Positions 19,007 to 29,512 are shown, numbered from the stretch's first letter. The stretch is 59,841 bases of DNA from Treponema sp. (GCA_031273325.1 JAISSB010000028.1:1-59841); one strand, 5' to 3'. Notes: generated by a model from the sequence alone, not told the origin. Numbers and translations are program-made.

Positions 19007-20695
19007 ATGCAAAATAAAACACCATATCTTTTCGAAATCGAAGAGAAAGCGGACTATATCCAAAGTTTATTAGGTCACATTGAAAAGATCGTTGAATTGT
19101 CAGAAAAAAAAGGGATAACTGAAAGTTTTTTTGAAAAAGCGGCTGCACATATTTCTTTTGTAACAGAAAAGCTTCAGCTAACTCCCATACAAGTGGTACT
19201 GTTGTCGCATTTTCTTAATAAATGCGACGATCAAGCTATTTCTATTGAAGATATTGCAGAATCTACAAAATGCAGCAAAATACGCATTATTCAATATATG
19301 AATGAGTTTGACGTATTAGAAAAGCGGAAACTTATTTGCTGCTGCAGAGAATATAAAAGTGTTTCGTATCGCGTCCCTCTTGAAGTCATTAATGCATTAA
19401 GGAAAGGAGAAGAACCGAAACCGGACCGTCATGAAAATATTTCTATTACAGAATTCTTTACGGTGGTGGAAAATCTTTTTGATCAGCGTAACGATAATGA
19501 ATTAACGTTTGATACGTTAAGCGCTGAACTTAATGATCTCATTAAAGTGAATATACACCTTGAATTCTGTCAGAATATTAAAAAACTTAATTTATCAAAA
19601 CATAATAAAGTGTTACTCATTTGTTTTTGTCATTTATTTGTTAATAATGATGATGAAAATATCGGTTTTCACGATATTGAAGATATTTATGAACATAAAG
19701 CTGAATTTCGGCGTACAAGGCATATGTTAGAAGATGGAAGTCATACCCTTATAGAAATGAAATTTATTGAAAATACGAACAGTAACGGGTTTGGCGACCG
19801 TGAATCGTTTAAATTAACGGACAAAGCCAAAGATGATTTACTCAGTGAATTACATTTAAAAAAACACAATCATTTTGAAAATAAAAAAGGGATTATTTTA
19901 TCAGAATCCATCATTGCGAAAAAACTTATTTATAATGAAAAAGAAACAGAAAAAATAAAACAATGCAGTGATCTTTTTAAGGAAGAACATTTTAGATCCG
20001 TACAAAAACGCCTTAAAGAGCATGGGTTAAGAACTGGTTTTACCTGTCTTTTCAGCGGACCGCCCGGTACTGGAAAAACAGAAACAGTATTGCAGATAGC
20101 TCGTGAAACCGGACGCGATATTTTTCAGGTTAATGCTTCAGATATTAAAAGCATGTGGTTCGGAGAAAGTGAAAAAATGGTAAAAGGCATTTTTGATCGC
20201 TACCGGGAATATGTAGCAACAAGTGACATTATACCCATTTTATTACTCAATGAAGCAGACGGTATTCTTAGCCGGAGAATGGAATTTAGCGATTCAAGTA
20301 AAGCAGTCGATCAAACAGAAAATGCTATTCAAAATATTATTCTTGAAGAATTTGAAATATTGACCGGCATTTTAATTGCAACAAGTAATTTAACAAAAAA
20401 TATGGATAAAGCTTTTGAACGACGCTTTTTGTATAAAATTGAGTTTGAAAAGCCAAATGCACCCGCGCGTAAAGCAATATGGCAATCACTGATTCCGAGT
20501 CTTTCTGATTCTGAAGCAGAACAGTTGGCCATTAATTATGATTTTTCGGGGGGACAAATCGAAAATATAAGCCGGCGGAATATTATTGATACTGTTATTT
20601 CCGGAGTTAGCCCTTCAATAGAAAAATTACGGTCTTTCTGTCAAGAAGAACTCAGCGCACGTACTCCTCAGAAAATCGTTGGATTTAAACAGTAA
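19007..20695 (+). CDS. AAA+ ATPase with N-terminal winged-helix-like region
   Basis: GPPGTGKT Walker A, LLLNEAD variant Walker B, DKAFERRF, FSGGQIEN. Confidence 0.88.
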   Translation: MQNKTPYLFEIEEKADYIQSLLGHIEKIVELSEKKGITESFFEKAAAHISFVTEKLQLTPIQVVLLSHFLNKCDDQAISIEDIAESTKCSKIRIIQYMNEFDVLEKRKLICCCREYKSVSYRVPLEVINALRKGEEPKPDRHENISITEFFTVVENLFDQRNDNELTFDTLSAELNDLIKVNIHLEFCQNIKKLNLSKHNKVLLICFCHLFVNNDDENIGFHDIEDIYEHKAEFRRTRHMLEDGSHTLIEMKFIENTNSNGFGDRESFKLTDKAKDDLLSELHLKKHNHFENKKGIILSESIIAKKLIYNEKETEKIKQCSDLFKEEHFRSVQKRLKEHGLRTGFTCLFSGPPGTGKTETVLQIARETGRDIFQVNASDIKSMWFGESEKMVKGIFDRYREYVATSDIIPILLLNEADGILSRRMEFSDSSKAVDQTENAIQNIILEEFEILTGILIATSNLTKNMDKAFERRFLYKIEFEKPNAPARKAIWQSLIPSLSDSEAEQLAINYDFSGGQIENISRRNIIDTVISGVSPSIEKLRSFCQEELSARTPQKIVGFKQ

Positions 20696-21292
20696 TTATA
20701 TTTTTTTAACTTTTTTAACTCTTTTAAAAGATGCAGTAAAATGGGTAATATAGTCCCAAAAAGAGAGATAAGCCGCTCCGGTGCAGAGGATATAGAGTCC
20801 AATAGCACCGTATCGAAGCAGAGGTTCCGGAAGCGGCGCATGAGATTGGAGCGCTGAATCAAGCGCTAAAGTAAAAAAAACAGAACAACCATAGAGAAAC
20901 GTTTTTAATTTACCGCCTTTCCGTGCGCCGATAATAATATCTTTTTTTATTGAAATCATGCGTAAAAAAAGCATGCCGAATTCACGGTATACAATAAGTA
21001 TAAAGAGTATGGACGGCATAAAACCTTTGATTACAAAACAAAAAAATGCAGTGATGTGCAGTATAACATCAGCAAAAGGATCAAATAATTTTCCAAAATC
21101 GCTTACTTGATTAAGTTTCCGTGCTGCAAAACCGTCAAGAAAATCAGTACATTCTACCAACGCTAATAATACAATTAATACCATAATAAGCGGAACGGCA
21201 ATCGCCTCTATCTGTGTCATGTACAGATACAGTATCAAAAAAATCGGTGCAAATATGAGGCGCACCGTTGTTAATGTGTCAGCAATATGCAT
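20696..21292 (-). CDS. pgsA: CDP-alcohol phosphatidyltransferase (PgsA-like)
   Basis: TDFLDGFAARK..GKLFDPFAD signature. Confidence 0.85.
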   Translation of the reverse strand: MHIADTLTTVRLIFAPIFLILYLYMTQIEAIAVPLIMVLIVLLALVECTDFLDGFAARKLNQVSDFGKLFDPFADVILHITAFFCFVIKGFMPSILFILIVYREFGMLFLRMISIKKDIIIGARKGGKLKTFLYGCSVFFTLALDSALQSHAPLPEPLLRYGAIGLYILCTGAAYLSFWDYITHFTASFKRVKKVKKI

Positions 21293-21323
21293 ACTGTTAT
21301 AGTATGGTATATATACTTAACGG

Positions 21324-22793
21324 TCAAGGTAATACTCCTTCAAATGCTTTTTTAATAATAGTGATACGCGGGGGACGGGTGCAGAGTGAAACGATTGGAA
21401 CGACGATAAAAGGAACGATAATGGCAATAGAAGCGGCAAGCGGAGAATTGGACGGTCCCAGTATAAAAAAGAGCGTAATTTCAATAATAAGTCCGGAAAA
21501 AAGTCCCGAATAGGCGCCTGCTTTTGTTGCTCGTTTCCAATATAAACCGTACAGATAGGCGGCAGCAAAAGCACCGGAAACAGCTCCCCAACTCAAAGAC
21601 ATCAGTGTCACAATAAAGCTGATTTGAAACCGTGATATAAAATACGAAATGATAACAAAAACTGCGGAAAGTACCCGCATAAGTGCAACGGAATGGTCTT
21701 TACCAGTTTTAGAATTTTGCCCTTCCGGTGCAAGATCAATTGCAACTGCCGACGAAGAAACAAGTACTAAACTGGATAATGTTGACATAGAAGCTGAAAG
21801 TACCAGTAATAAGATGAGTGATAACAGTACTTCCGGCAAATGTCCCGTGAGAAGTGCTGGAACGATAGAATCATAATTGATAGCTCCGGAGCTAGCTTTC
21901 GGCACGGTTGTTAAATCAAAAAAGGCATGCGCGTATGCGCCCGTTAAATACGCAGTAACCCCAATGACTAATGCAAATACTGTGGTAACAACAGTAGCGC
22001 GGGGAATAATGTGCTCATTTTTTATTGCATAAAATTTTTGAGTCATCTGCGGCAATCCCCATGTTCCGAAGCTTGTCATAAATACGAGCGAGAGTACCGT
22101 CAATACTGACGGCTGCTGTGCTGGCGGAACGTGACTATTATAATTTTCTGTGACTTTTATCAGCATTGCAGAAAGCCCGCCGCCTTCTCTGGTGAGGACA
22201 ACAATCATAACAATTGCACCAAAAAACATAATACTGCCTTGAATACAATCAGTGACCGCAATAGCAAAATATCCGCCAAGGATTAAATAAACCCCCGTAA
22301 ACCCAATCATAATAAGGAGCGCAATATCGTACGGAATATGAAAGACTGCTTCAAATAAATGTCCTAATCCTTTAAAAACTGAAGCGGAATAGGGAAGCAG
22401 GAAGAAAAATATTATTGAAGCTGCACAAGCTTTAAGATGTTTTGCCCCGTACCGTTCCTGCAAATATTCCGGCATAGTCATAGCCTCAAGGTTTTGGGTT
22501 TGCCTGCGGGTACGTTTTGCCAACACGAGCCATGCGGCTCCTGCTCCGATTAATGCATTTCCCAGTGCAATCCACAGCGCATTGAAACCGAATTGCCACC
22601 CTTGAGCGCCCGCAAAACCAATAAAAATCACCGCAGAAAAATATGACGTACCGTAGGCAATGGCAGAAACCCACGGACCAAGGGATCTTCCGCCAAGAAA
22701 GAAATCGCCCAATGTTTTAGTCCTGCGCATTCCCCAAAATCCGACAGCAATCATAACAATAAGAAATAAGGATAGAAAAATAATTCCGCTCAT
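21324..22793 (-). CDS. Sodium:solute symporter family protein
   Basis: DFFLGGRSLGPW, TMPEYLQERY, SASMSTLSS; highly hydrophobic. Confidence 0.92.
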   Translation of the reverse strand: MSGIIFLSLFLIVMIAVGFWGMRRTKTLGDFFLGGRSLGPWVSAIAYGTSYFSAVIFIGFAGAQGWQFGFNALWIALGNALIGAGAAWLVLAKRTRRQTQNLEAMTMPEYLQERYGAKHLKACAASIIFFFLLPYSASVFKGLGHLFEAVFHIPYDIALLIMIGFTGVYLILGGYFAIAVTDCIQGSIMFFGAIVMIVVLTREGGGLSAMLIKVTENYNSHVPPAQQPSVLTVLSLVFMTSFGTWGLPQMTQKFYAIKNEHIIPRATVVTTVFALVIGVTAYLTGAYAHAFFDLTTVPKASSGAINYDSIVPALLTGHLPEVLLSLILLLVLSASMSTLSSLVLVSSSAVAIDLAPEGQNSKTGKDHSVALMRVLSAVFVIISYFISRFQISFIVTLMSLSWGAVSGAFAAAYLYGLYWKRATKAGAYSGLFSGLIIEITLFFILGPSNSPLAASIAIIVPFIVVPIVSLCTRPPRITIIKKAFEGVLP

Positions 22794-22892
22794 GATAAAA
22801 CTCCTTTTTTTCAGACATTAAAATTCTTGAGCATTTTTTTTGTTATATATTCTTCCTGTAATACTATTAAAATCAAACGCTTATTTCAAGCA

Positions 22893-22991
22893 GAGGTCTG
22901 TCCCCGTTAGTCAGGAATCTGTCTGTGTAAGTCAGAGGTCTGTCCCCTTTAGTCGAGAATCTGCTGTTCTGATTCTGGGGTCTGTCCCCAT
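22893..22991 (-). repeat. GGGGACAGACC array (3 units, ~42-bp spacing), left flank
   Basis: GGTCTGTCCCC near 22896, 22937 and 22979. Confidence 0.9.
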
Positions 22992-23013
22992 AAAAAAGAT
23001 TTTGCTAAAGCTT

Positions 23014-23570
23014 GGCTAAAAGTTTAAAACCCGCGGTTTAAAGCTTAAAACCCACGGCTAAAAGTTTAAAACCCGCGGTTTAAAGCTTAAAACCCGCGGC
23101 TAAAAGTTTAAAACCCGCGGTTTAAAACTTAAAACCCGCGGCCGGAAGTTTAAAACCCGCGGTTTAAAACTTAAAACCCGCGGCTAAAAGTTTAAAACCC
23201 ACGGTTTAAAACTTAAAACCCGCGGCCGGAAGTTTAAAACCCACGGTTTAAAACTTAAAACCCGCGGCCGGAAGTTTAAAACCCACGGTTTAAAGCTTAA
23301 AACCCTCGGCCGGAAGTTTAAAACCCGCGGTTTAAAACTTAAAACCCACGGCTAAAAGTTTAAAACCCGCGGTTTAAAACTTAAAACCCGCGGCTAAAAG
23401 TTTAAAACCCACGGTTTAAAACTTAAAACCCTCGGCTGGAAGTGTAAAACCCTCGGTTTAAAACTTAAAACCCACGGCCGGAAGTGTAAAACCCTCGGTT
23501 TAAAACTTAAAACCCGCGGCTAAAAGTTTAAAACCCACGGTTTAAAACTTAAAACCCGCGGCTAAAAGTT
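23014..23570. repeat. 21-bp tandem array (~26 units, alternating as a 42-bp dimer)
   Basis: GGCTAAAAGTTTAAAACCCGC / GGTTTAAAACTTAAAACCCAC. Confidence 0.97.
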
Positions 23571-23574
23571 CCAC

Positions 23575-23663
23575 GTTCTGATTCTGAGGTCTGTCCCCAT
23601 CGGTCGGGAATCTGTCTGTGTAAGTCAGAGGTCTGTCCCCTTTAGTCGGAAATCTGTCCCCCT
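23575..23663 (-). repeat. GGGGACAGACC array, right flank, direct repeat of the left flank
   Basis: GTTCTGATTCTGRGGTCTGTCCCCAT and GAATCTGTCTGTGTAAGTCAGAGGTCTGTCCCCTTTAGTC occur on both sides of the 21-bp array. Confidence 0.9.
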
Positions 23664-23721
23664 TAGATTTCTATCGACAAGAAAAGGAAATAACGATATA
23701 TCTTTAAAGGAGAGGAGTGGT

Positions 23722-24978
23722 TTGACTGTGATAAAGAAAGTATATATAGCACATGTAGTATTTTTTTTTACGGTATATGTTTTTGGTCAAGAGCAGGGCG
23801 TCGTTCTTAAGATAAATAACACAGCTTCGTATTCGACGGTTGAACGCTCTGATCTCCGCCGCTATGACAACGGAACGTATACCGGCCTTGCGTGCCGAGA
23901 GGTACGTTCTTTGCTGACATTTCAAAAAAATGATCGGTTATACAAAGGAAATGTCTATGTTTTAGAGGAAACACGCCGCGATATGCGCCGAAGCGCTCAA
24001 GCTGTTGAAGCAATTGTCCCCGTTAGTTTTCGTATTGAACCAAATGGGAACTTACAGCTTGAAAACGATCAGGGGTTTCCTTCGCTCCGCGGCTTTCCTA
24101 CGTTTCCTGACGAAGCTGTTGCACCCGGTGCGCAGTGGACTGCTCCCGGCGACCGAGCGATTGACCCGCTCAACACGGGAGACCCGGTTATCGTAACGTT
24201 TCTTGCCCTCTATGAGTATGTAGGCACCGAAATGTATCAGAATGAATTGGTACACCGCATAAAGGCGCAGTATGCGCTCCGGTACAATGATGACATCAAA
24301 GTTCAGGGTTCTCATACTGTTGATATTATTATTCGGGTCCGCGATTCGTTTCCGGTATTTATCCGTGATATTCTTGACGAGCAGTTTCATTTTTCAAATG
24401 GAAAAACGCTTCGCTTTCAAGGATTAACCTTAACCTTTGGGCAAGGCACCGTCCCCCTTAACCGCAAAACAACTATAACGATGTTAGAGAATAAACTGGT
24501 AACGACTCCCCCTCCTATTCCGCGTACCGAAGACAGTCTGCCGGAACATATTCCAGAGACTCCGCTTGCAACAGTAGCAGAGCCTGAACCGAATTTAGAA
24601 GCTGTCGGGCGGGATATTGATGTGATAGCTGTTCCGGAAGGAATACTGCTTCGGATTAAAGAGTTACGGTTTATACCTGATATGGACCGGTTGTTTCCCG
24701 AAGAAACAGAACGGTTGGACACTATTGCCGCAGCACTTAAACAGATTTCCGACAAAACTTTTTTGGTGGAAGGACACACAGCAGCGATTGGCGGAAGCGA
24801 CGGACGAGCGCTTTCAACGCAACGCGCACGGTATATCGTCGATGAACTGGTAGCCCGCGGTATAGCCGCCAACCGTTTCATTTATAAAGGGTGGGGCGGC
24901 GCAAAACCTCTCGGTAATAATAATACCTCAGAGGGCAGAAATAAAAACCGTCGGGTTGAAATTACTATTCTTGACTAA
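23722..24978 (+). CDS. OmpA-family protein
   Basis: C-terminal VEGHTA..LSTQRA..GWGGAKP..NRRVEITILD; N-terminal signal-like segment. Confidence 0.88.
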   Translation: MTVIKKVYIAHVVFFFTVYVFGQEQGVVLKINNTASYSTVERSDLRRYDNGTYTGLACREVRSLLTFQKNDRLYKGNVYVLEETRRDMRRSAQAVEAIVPVSFRIEPNGNLQLENDQGFPSLRGFPTFPDEAVAPGAQWTAPGDRAIDPLNTGDPVIVTFLALYEYVGTEMYQNELVHRIKAQYALRYNDDIKVQGSHTVDIIIRVRDSFPVFIRDILDEQFHFSNGKTLRFQGLTLTFGQGTVPLNRKTTITMLENKLVTTPPPIPRTEDSLPEHIPETPLATVAEPEPNLEAVGRDIDVIAVPEGILLRIKELRFIPDMDRLFPEETERLDTIAAALKQISDKTFLVEGHTAAIGGSDGRALSTQRARYIVDELVARGIAANRFIYKGWGGAKPLGNNNTSEGRNKNRRVEITILD

Positions 24979-25666
24979 TTAATTGATCAAGCGTAGTCCG
25001 GAATAGCTTGAGGTCTTCCCATGTCGGCCGTTTCAGATTGGGATTCCGCAGCAGGGCGCTTGGATGATAGATCGGGAAAAAAGGGATCCCGTAATAGGCT
25101 GTCCATTTTCCGCGGAGTTCTCCAATTCCTACCGTCGTATTGAGGAGAGCTTGAGCAGCTATCCGTCCAACACAGAGAATAACTTTCGGCTCTATTAAAG
25201 CTATAAGACGGACCAGAAAATGCTTGCACGCATGCACTTCAGCCGGTTGCGGGTCTCTATTTTCCGGCGGACGGCACTTGATCATATTCGTAATAAAACA
25301 GTTTTTGTCGCGAGAGCAATCGATTGCCTCAAGCATCTTGTCCAGGAGCTGTCCTGCACGGCCGACAAACGGACGTCCGCTTGAATCTTCGTCTGCACCG
25401 GGAGCTTCTCCAATAACCAGCACGTGCGGCTTTTGCACTCCCTCACCGGGAACAGCTGTATGACGCATGCTGTGTAAACCGCATGCGCTGCACAACCGGA
25501 CTTCCTCAGCAATGGCTTCTACCGAATCGTTCTCTACGGAATAACTATCCATGGAAGGCATTTCCGGAGCCGTATCCCGGTGACGGGTGCGCCGTTGACC
25601 GTCCCTTAAAAAATCTTCAGCAGTATCTAAAAAAAATAACAGTTCTTGAGTATGCTTGTCTGCCAT
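24965..25666 (-). CDS. Uracil-DNA glycosylase, family 4
   Basis: CSACGL, GEAPGADED, PFVGRAG, KCRPPENR, YHPSALLR. Confidence 0.93.
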   Translation of the reverse strand: MADKHTQELLFFLDTAEDFLRDGQRRTRHRDTAPEMPSMDSYSVENDSVEAIAEEVRLCSACGLHSMRHTAVPGEGVQKPHVLVIGEAPGADEDSSGRPFVGRAGQLLDKMLEAIDCSRDKNCFITNMIKCRPPENRDPQPAEVHACKHFLVRLIALIEPKVILCVGRIAAQALLNTTVGIGELRGKWTAYYGIPFFPIYHPSALLRNPNLKRPTWEDLKLFRTTLDQLISQE

Positions 25667-25699
25667 ACAGACCTCCTTTGTGACTATTGGTTTTATGCC

Positions 25700-27979
25700 T
25701 CATTCGCCGGTAACGTTTTGATAGCGGTTAAACAAATACGCAATCCGCTCATTGTCGTTTTTAAACGGCCTGGCATAGCTATGCTCAACCGCTTTGTCCA
25801 ATATCCGGTGAACGCGTACTAAATCGGGCGGCATCGTTAAGGGATTATACAGTATCGTGAGGGGACTGTGAGGATATTGATTCCGCACTGTTATGATCTC
25901 CTGCGCTGCGTTTTCAATAGATGCCCGTTGCGTTCCAACCGGAACCGGCCATGGAAAATTATTATACACAATATCTTTTGAATACCGGTAGCCGTTGCCT
26001 AAGCGGCCGCACACGGCCCGCACCCACGCATTATGCATAGCAGACGTCAAAATGCCGAATTCATATAATCCCGCTTCAGGAATAATATGACAGCTATTGT
26101 GTGCTATATATCCAGCAGAAAACAGAGCGATAGGGATATAGGTCCGCGTGCTTGAAGAAGTACTGGGAATTAAAAGAAACGGTTTCCCTGCCGGTTGTGT
26201 TATTTGAGCAAAGAGATGGGGGAAGGCAGCAAGGCGCGGACGGGACGAATGTTCGCGGAGCGCCCGCACAGTTTCTATTCGGCGGTAGAGTGCGGGATAC
26301 TGTTTTAAAGCGTGCAACTCCACATCTTTAAGCCATAAACAAAAGCGCTCACTGTTATTCAAGAACTCACGGGCAGAGATCAACGGCTTGATATACTGTG
26401 CCGCCGCCGGTTCTTCTTCCAAAAAAGCAATTTTTTCTTTTAAGGTGAACAGTAAATTGCCGCCGTCAGCGGGCATGTTGCCGAAGAACATCTCCGGCAC
26501 CGGAGCAATCGGCTTTTTCCGTTTGGGTATAAAAATATTTCCGGTGTCGGTCAAATAGGCGTTTATCTGTGTTACCGACCTTTCCCGCGGCTTTGCCTTG
26601 AGATCGGTATATACAAACAGTTTCTTTTCACGCTGCTCACATGCAGAAAAGCCGACAATAATACACCATACCGCTGCTCTTTTCTTTGTTTCATTCGTCC
26701 ACAGAAACGCTTGATGGGCAAAATGTATCTTTATTCCATACTGTTCCATTAATTCTTTCCATAGTACCGATACCTGTTCTCCTTGACAGATGCTGTTCGT
26801 TGACACGAAACTGACGGTAATATCTGTCCCCTGAATATATTCTGCCGCTTTTTTATACCAGCCGGTTACATAATCTAACACGCCCCGCCCTTTTGTCTGG
26901 TGGAAGAGCCGCTTGATGTCTGCTTTTTGCGCGCTCGACTGTTCCTTTTTCCCCAGAAACGGCGGATTTCCCACTATGTACGTTAAGGTTTTTTTTGACA
27001 CGACATGCTCCCAATCCATTGTCAGTGCATTTCCCTGTATTATCCGCGGAGACGGCCGTGACGGTGCGAAAGCACCGGATGTCCCCAATATCTTTGCGAC
27101 TGTGCGCTGCATCCCATAATCGATCAACCCAAGCGCCGCCCGCGCTATCTGTGCAGGAAGCTCTTCAAGTTCTATCCCATAGCATTGAGCTGCCGTTACC
27201 GTTGCAGTCACCGCGGGGGTCTGTCCCTCTTTGAGCAATGCTTTTAGCACGGTTATTTCTAATTTTCTTAGTTCTCGATAACTGACAAGGAGAAAATTCC
27301 CGCACCCGCACGCGGGATCTAAAAACGTTATCGTCGTTAATGCGTGCTGAAATGCGCGGAGTCTTTGTGTTTTTAATGCAGAAGGCGCGCAGCATATTGC
27401 ATGAAACGTTTGGTATAAGCGGTCTAAGCATAAGGGGCGCAGCACTTTGAGTATAGTTTCTTCGCTCGTGTAATGTGCGCCGCTCGTGCGCCGTTCTGCA
27501 GGGTGCATAACCTGTTGAAATAATGAGCCGAATATTGCCGGGGAAATAGCAGACCACCGCAGCGTTCCGCATTGCAGTAAGAGGGTACGGACTCCCGAAT
27601 CGCACGCGGTGTATACGAGGCGTTCTTCAAACAAGGGCAGCGCGAGCGCAGGAAATTGATTCAGGGCGCCGTCGCCATTTGTTGGTCTTTGGTCCACAGG
27701 GGTATTAAGCATGGTGAAAATACGGTTAAGGTGTATGGCAAGGTCACTTCCGTCTAGGGCAGTTTTTTCCTTCACATAGTTAAAAAACAATTTGGGGTTT
27801 ATGAAGATTCCGGTATCGTCAGCGAATAAACAAAATACTATCCGTATTAAAAAGATGTTTAAGGAGCGGGCGTCCCACCCGATAGTCTTTAAACGATCAT
27901 ACATTAAGCCGATTAATGCAGAAGCTTTGGTTTCGGGTGCAGGAGTTCGTGTGAGCATAGCACTAGTATAGCTATGCAC
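25700..27979 (-). CDS. MmeI/YeeA-like N6-adenine DNA methyltransferase, apparently lacking the N-terminal endonuclease domain
   Basis: RIVFCLFADDTGIF, GAHYTSE, FLDPACGCGNF (motif I), GNPPF (motif IV), STNSICQGEQV, C-terminal target recognition domain. Confidence 0.85.
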   Translation of the reverse strand: MHSYTSAMLTRTPAPETKASALIGLMYDRLKTIGWDARSLNIFLIRIVFCLFADDTGIFINPKLFFNYVKEKTALDGSDLAIHLNRIFTMLNTPVDQRPTNGDGALNQFPALALPLFEERLVYTACDSGVRTLLLQCGTLRWSAISPAIFGSLFQQVMHPAERRTSGAHYTSEETILKVLRPLCLDRLYQTFHAICCAPSALKTQRLRAFQHALTTITFLDPACGCGNFLLVSYRELRKLEITVLKALLKEGQTPAVTATVTAAQCYGIELEELPAQIARAALGLIDYGMQRTVAKILGTSGAFAPSRPSPRIIQGNALTMDWEHVVSKKTLTYIVGNPPFLGKKEQSSAQKADIKRLFHQTKGRGVLDYVTGWYKKAAEYIQGTDITVSFVSTNSICQGEQVSVLWKELMEQYGIKIHFAHQAFLWTNETKKRAAVWCIIVGFSACEQREKKLFVYTDLKAKPRERSVTQINAYLTDTGNIFIPKRKKPIAPVPEMFFGNMPADGGNLLFTLKEKIAFLEEEPAAAQYIKPLISAREFLNNSERFCLWLKDVELHALKQYPALYRRIETVRALREHSSRPRLAAFPHLFAQITQPAGKPFLLIPSTSSSTRTYIPIALFSAGYIAHNSCHIIPEAGLYEFGILTSAMHNAWVRAVCGRLGNGYRYSKDIVYNNFPWPVPVGTQRASIENAAQEIITVRNQYPHSPLTILYNPLTMPPDLVRVHRILDKAVEHSYARPFKNDNERIAYLFNRYQNVTGE

Positions 27980-28026
27980 AGCAAGACAGTGCTAGATTAA
28001 ACCTCCCTTTGCTCACGATTGATCTG

Positions 28027-28089
28027 AACTTCCAGCGCCGTGTTTGGAACTTCCACAGGCGTCTTTGGCATTTCTACAGGCGTCTTTGG
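28027..28089. repeat. Three 21-bp tandem units
   Basis: GAACTTCCAGCGCCGTGTTTG / GAACTTCCACAGGCGTCTTTG / GCATTTCTACAGGCGTCTTTG. Confidence 0.75.
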
Positions 28090-28096
28090 TGAATTA

Positions 28097-28516
28097 ATGG
28101 GAACAGACCCTGAGTCAGAACGGCAGATTTCCGAATGGGGACAGACCCTGAGTCAGAAAGATAGATTTCCGAATGGGGACAGACCTCTGAGTCAGAAAGA
28201 TAGATTTCCGAATGGGGACAGACCTCTGAGTCAGAAAGACGGATTCTCGATTAATGGGGACAGACCTCTGAGTCATGAAGGCAGATTTCCGAATGGGGAC
28301 AGACCTCTGAATCAGAAAGACGGATTCTCGATTAATGGGGACAGCCTCTGAGTTAGAAAGACAGATTCCCGATTAATGGGGACAGACCTCTGAATCAGAA
28401 AGACGGATTCTCGATTAATGGGGACAGACCTCTGAGTCATGAAGGCAGATTCCCGACCAACGGGGACAGACCTCTGAATCAGAAAGACGGATTCCCGACA
28501 ACGGAGACAGACCTCG
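28097..28516 (+). repeat. Tandem array of ~11 GGGGACAGACC units (38-42 bp)
   Basis: GGGGACAGACCTCTGAGTCAGAAAGACGGATTCTCGATTAAT and shorter variants. Confidence 0.95.
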
Positions 28517-28525
28517 AAATGATTC

Positions 28526-29375
28526 TCAGCTAAGATATGGGTCATAATCAGCTAAGATATGGGTCATAATCAACTGAGAATGACTCAAAGTCAACTAAGA
28601 ATGACTCAAAGTCAGCTGAGAATAACTCAAAGTCAACTAAGAATGACTCAAAGTCAGCTGAGAATGACTCAAAGTCAGCTAAGAATGACTCAAAGTCAAC
28701 TGAGAATGACTCAAAGTCAGCTGAGAATGAGTCAGAATTAGCTAAGAATGACTCAGAATTAGCTAAGAATGAGTCAGAATTAGCTAAGAATGACTCAGAA
28801 TTAGCTGCGAATGAGTCAAAATTAGCTGCGAGCGAGTCAGAATTAGCTGCGAATGAGTCAAAATTAGCTGCGAGCGAGTCAAAGTCAGCTGCGAATGAGT
28901 CAAAGTCAGCTGAGAATGAGTCAAAGTCAGCTGAGAATGAGTCAAAGTCAACTGAGAATGAGTCACAATCAGCTGAGAATGAGTCACAATCAACTGAGAA
29001 TGAGTCACAATCAGCTGAGAATGAGTCACAATCAACTGAGAATGAGTCACAATCAGCTGAGAATGAGTCAAAGTCAGCTGAGAATGAGTCACAATCAGCT
29101 GAGAATGAGTCAAAGTCAGCTGAGAATGAGTCAAAGTCAACTGAGAATGAGTCAAAGTCAGCTGAGAATGAGTCAAAGTCAGCTGAGAATGAGTCAAAGT
29201 CAGCTGAGAATGAGTCAAAGTCAGCTGCGAGTGACTCAAAATTAGCTGCGAGCGAGTCAGAATTAGCTGCGAATGAGTCAGAATTAGCTGCGAGCGAGTC
29301 AAAATTAGCTGCGAGCGAGTCAGAATTAGCTGCGAGCGAGTCAAAATTAGCTGCGAGCGAGTCAGAATTAGCTGC
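28526..29375. repeat. 21-bp tandem array (~40 units)
   Basis: AGCTGAGAATGAGTCAAAGTC with blocks of AGCTGCGAGCGAGTCAGAATT, the latter dominating the right end. Confidence 0.97.
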
Positions 29376-29397
29376 AGCGCGGCTCTTTTAAAAGAGC

Positions 29398-29426
29398 TTG
29401 ACTCACTAAAATAGGAAACGTATAGT
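29398..29426 (+). promoter_or_regulatory. sigma70-type promoter just downstream of the array
   Basis: TTGACT-17nt-TATAGT. Confidence 0.7.
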
Positions 29427-29512
29427 AATTTTTAAGTTTGTGCAGCAAACATTTATTAAATGCTTTTAAATAAGGAGGGTAATACTGTCAATGATTTTAT
29501 TATTAATAATTA

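Noticed and set aside
28559-29344. ORFs encoding SQLRMTQ / HSQLTLT heptads (also repeat ORFs at 7732-8105, 28040-28545, 39445-39690, 59242-59831)
   Set aside because: Open frames are by-products of stop-free repeat units, often on both strands, with no RBS; translation is not excluded but is unsupported.
28097-29375. CRISPR array interpretation of this and the other arrays (7.75, 23, 39.5, 47, 59.2 kb)
   Set aside because: Sequences between conserved cores are near-identical variants rather than unique spacers, and no cas gene is visible.
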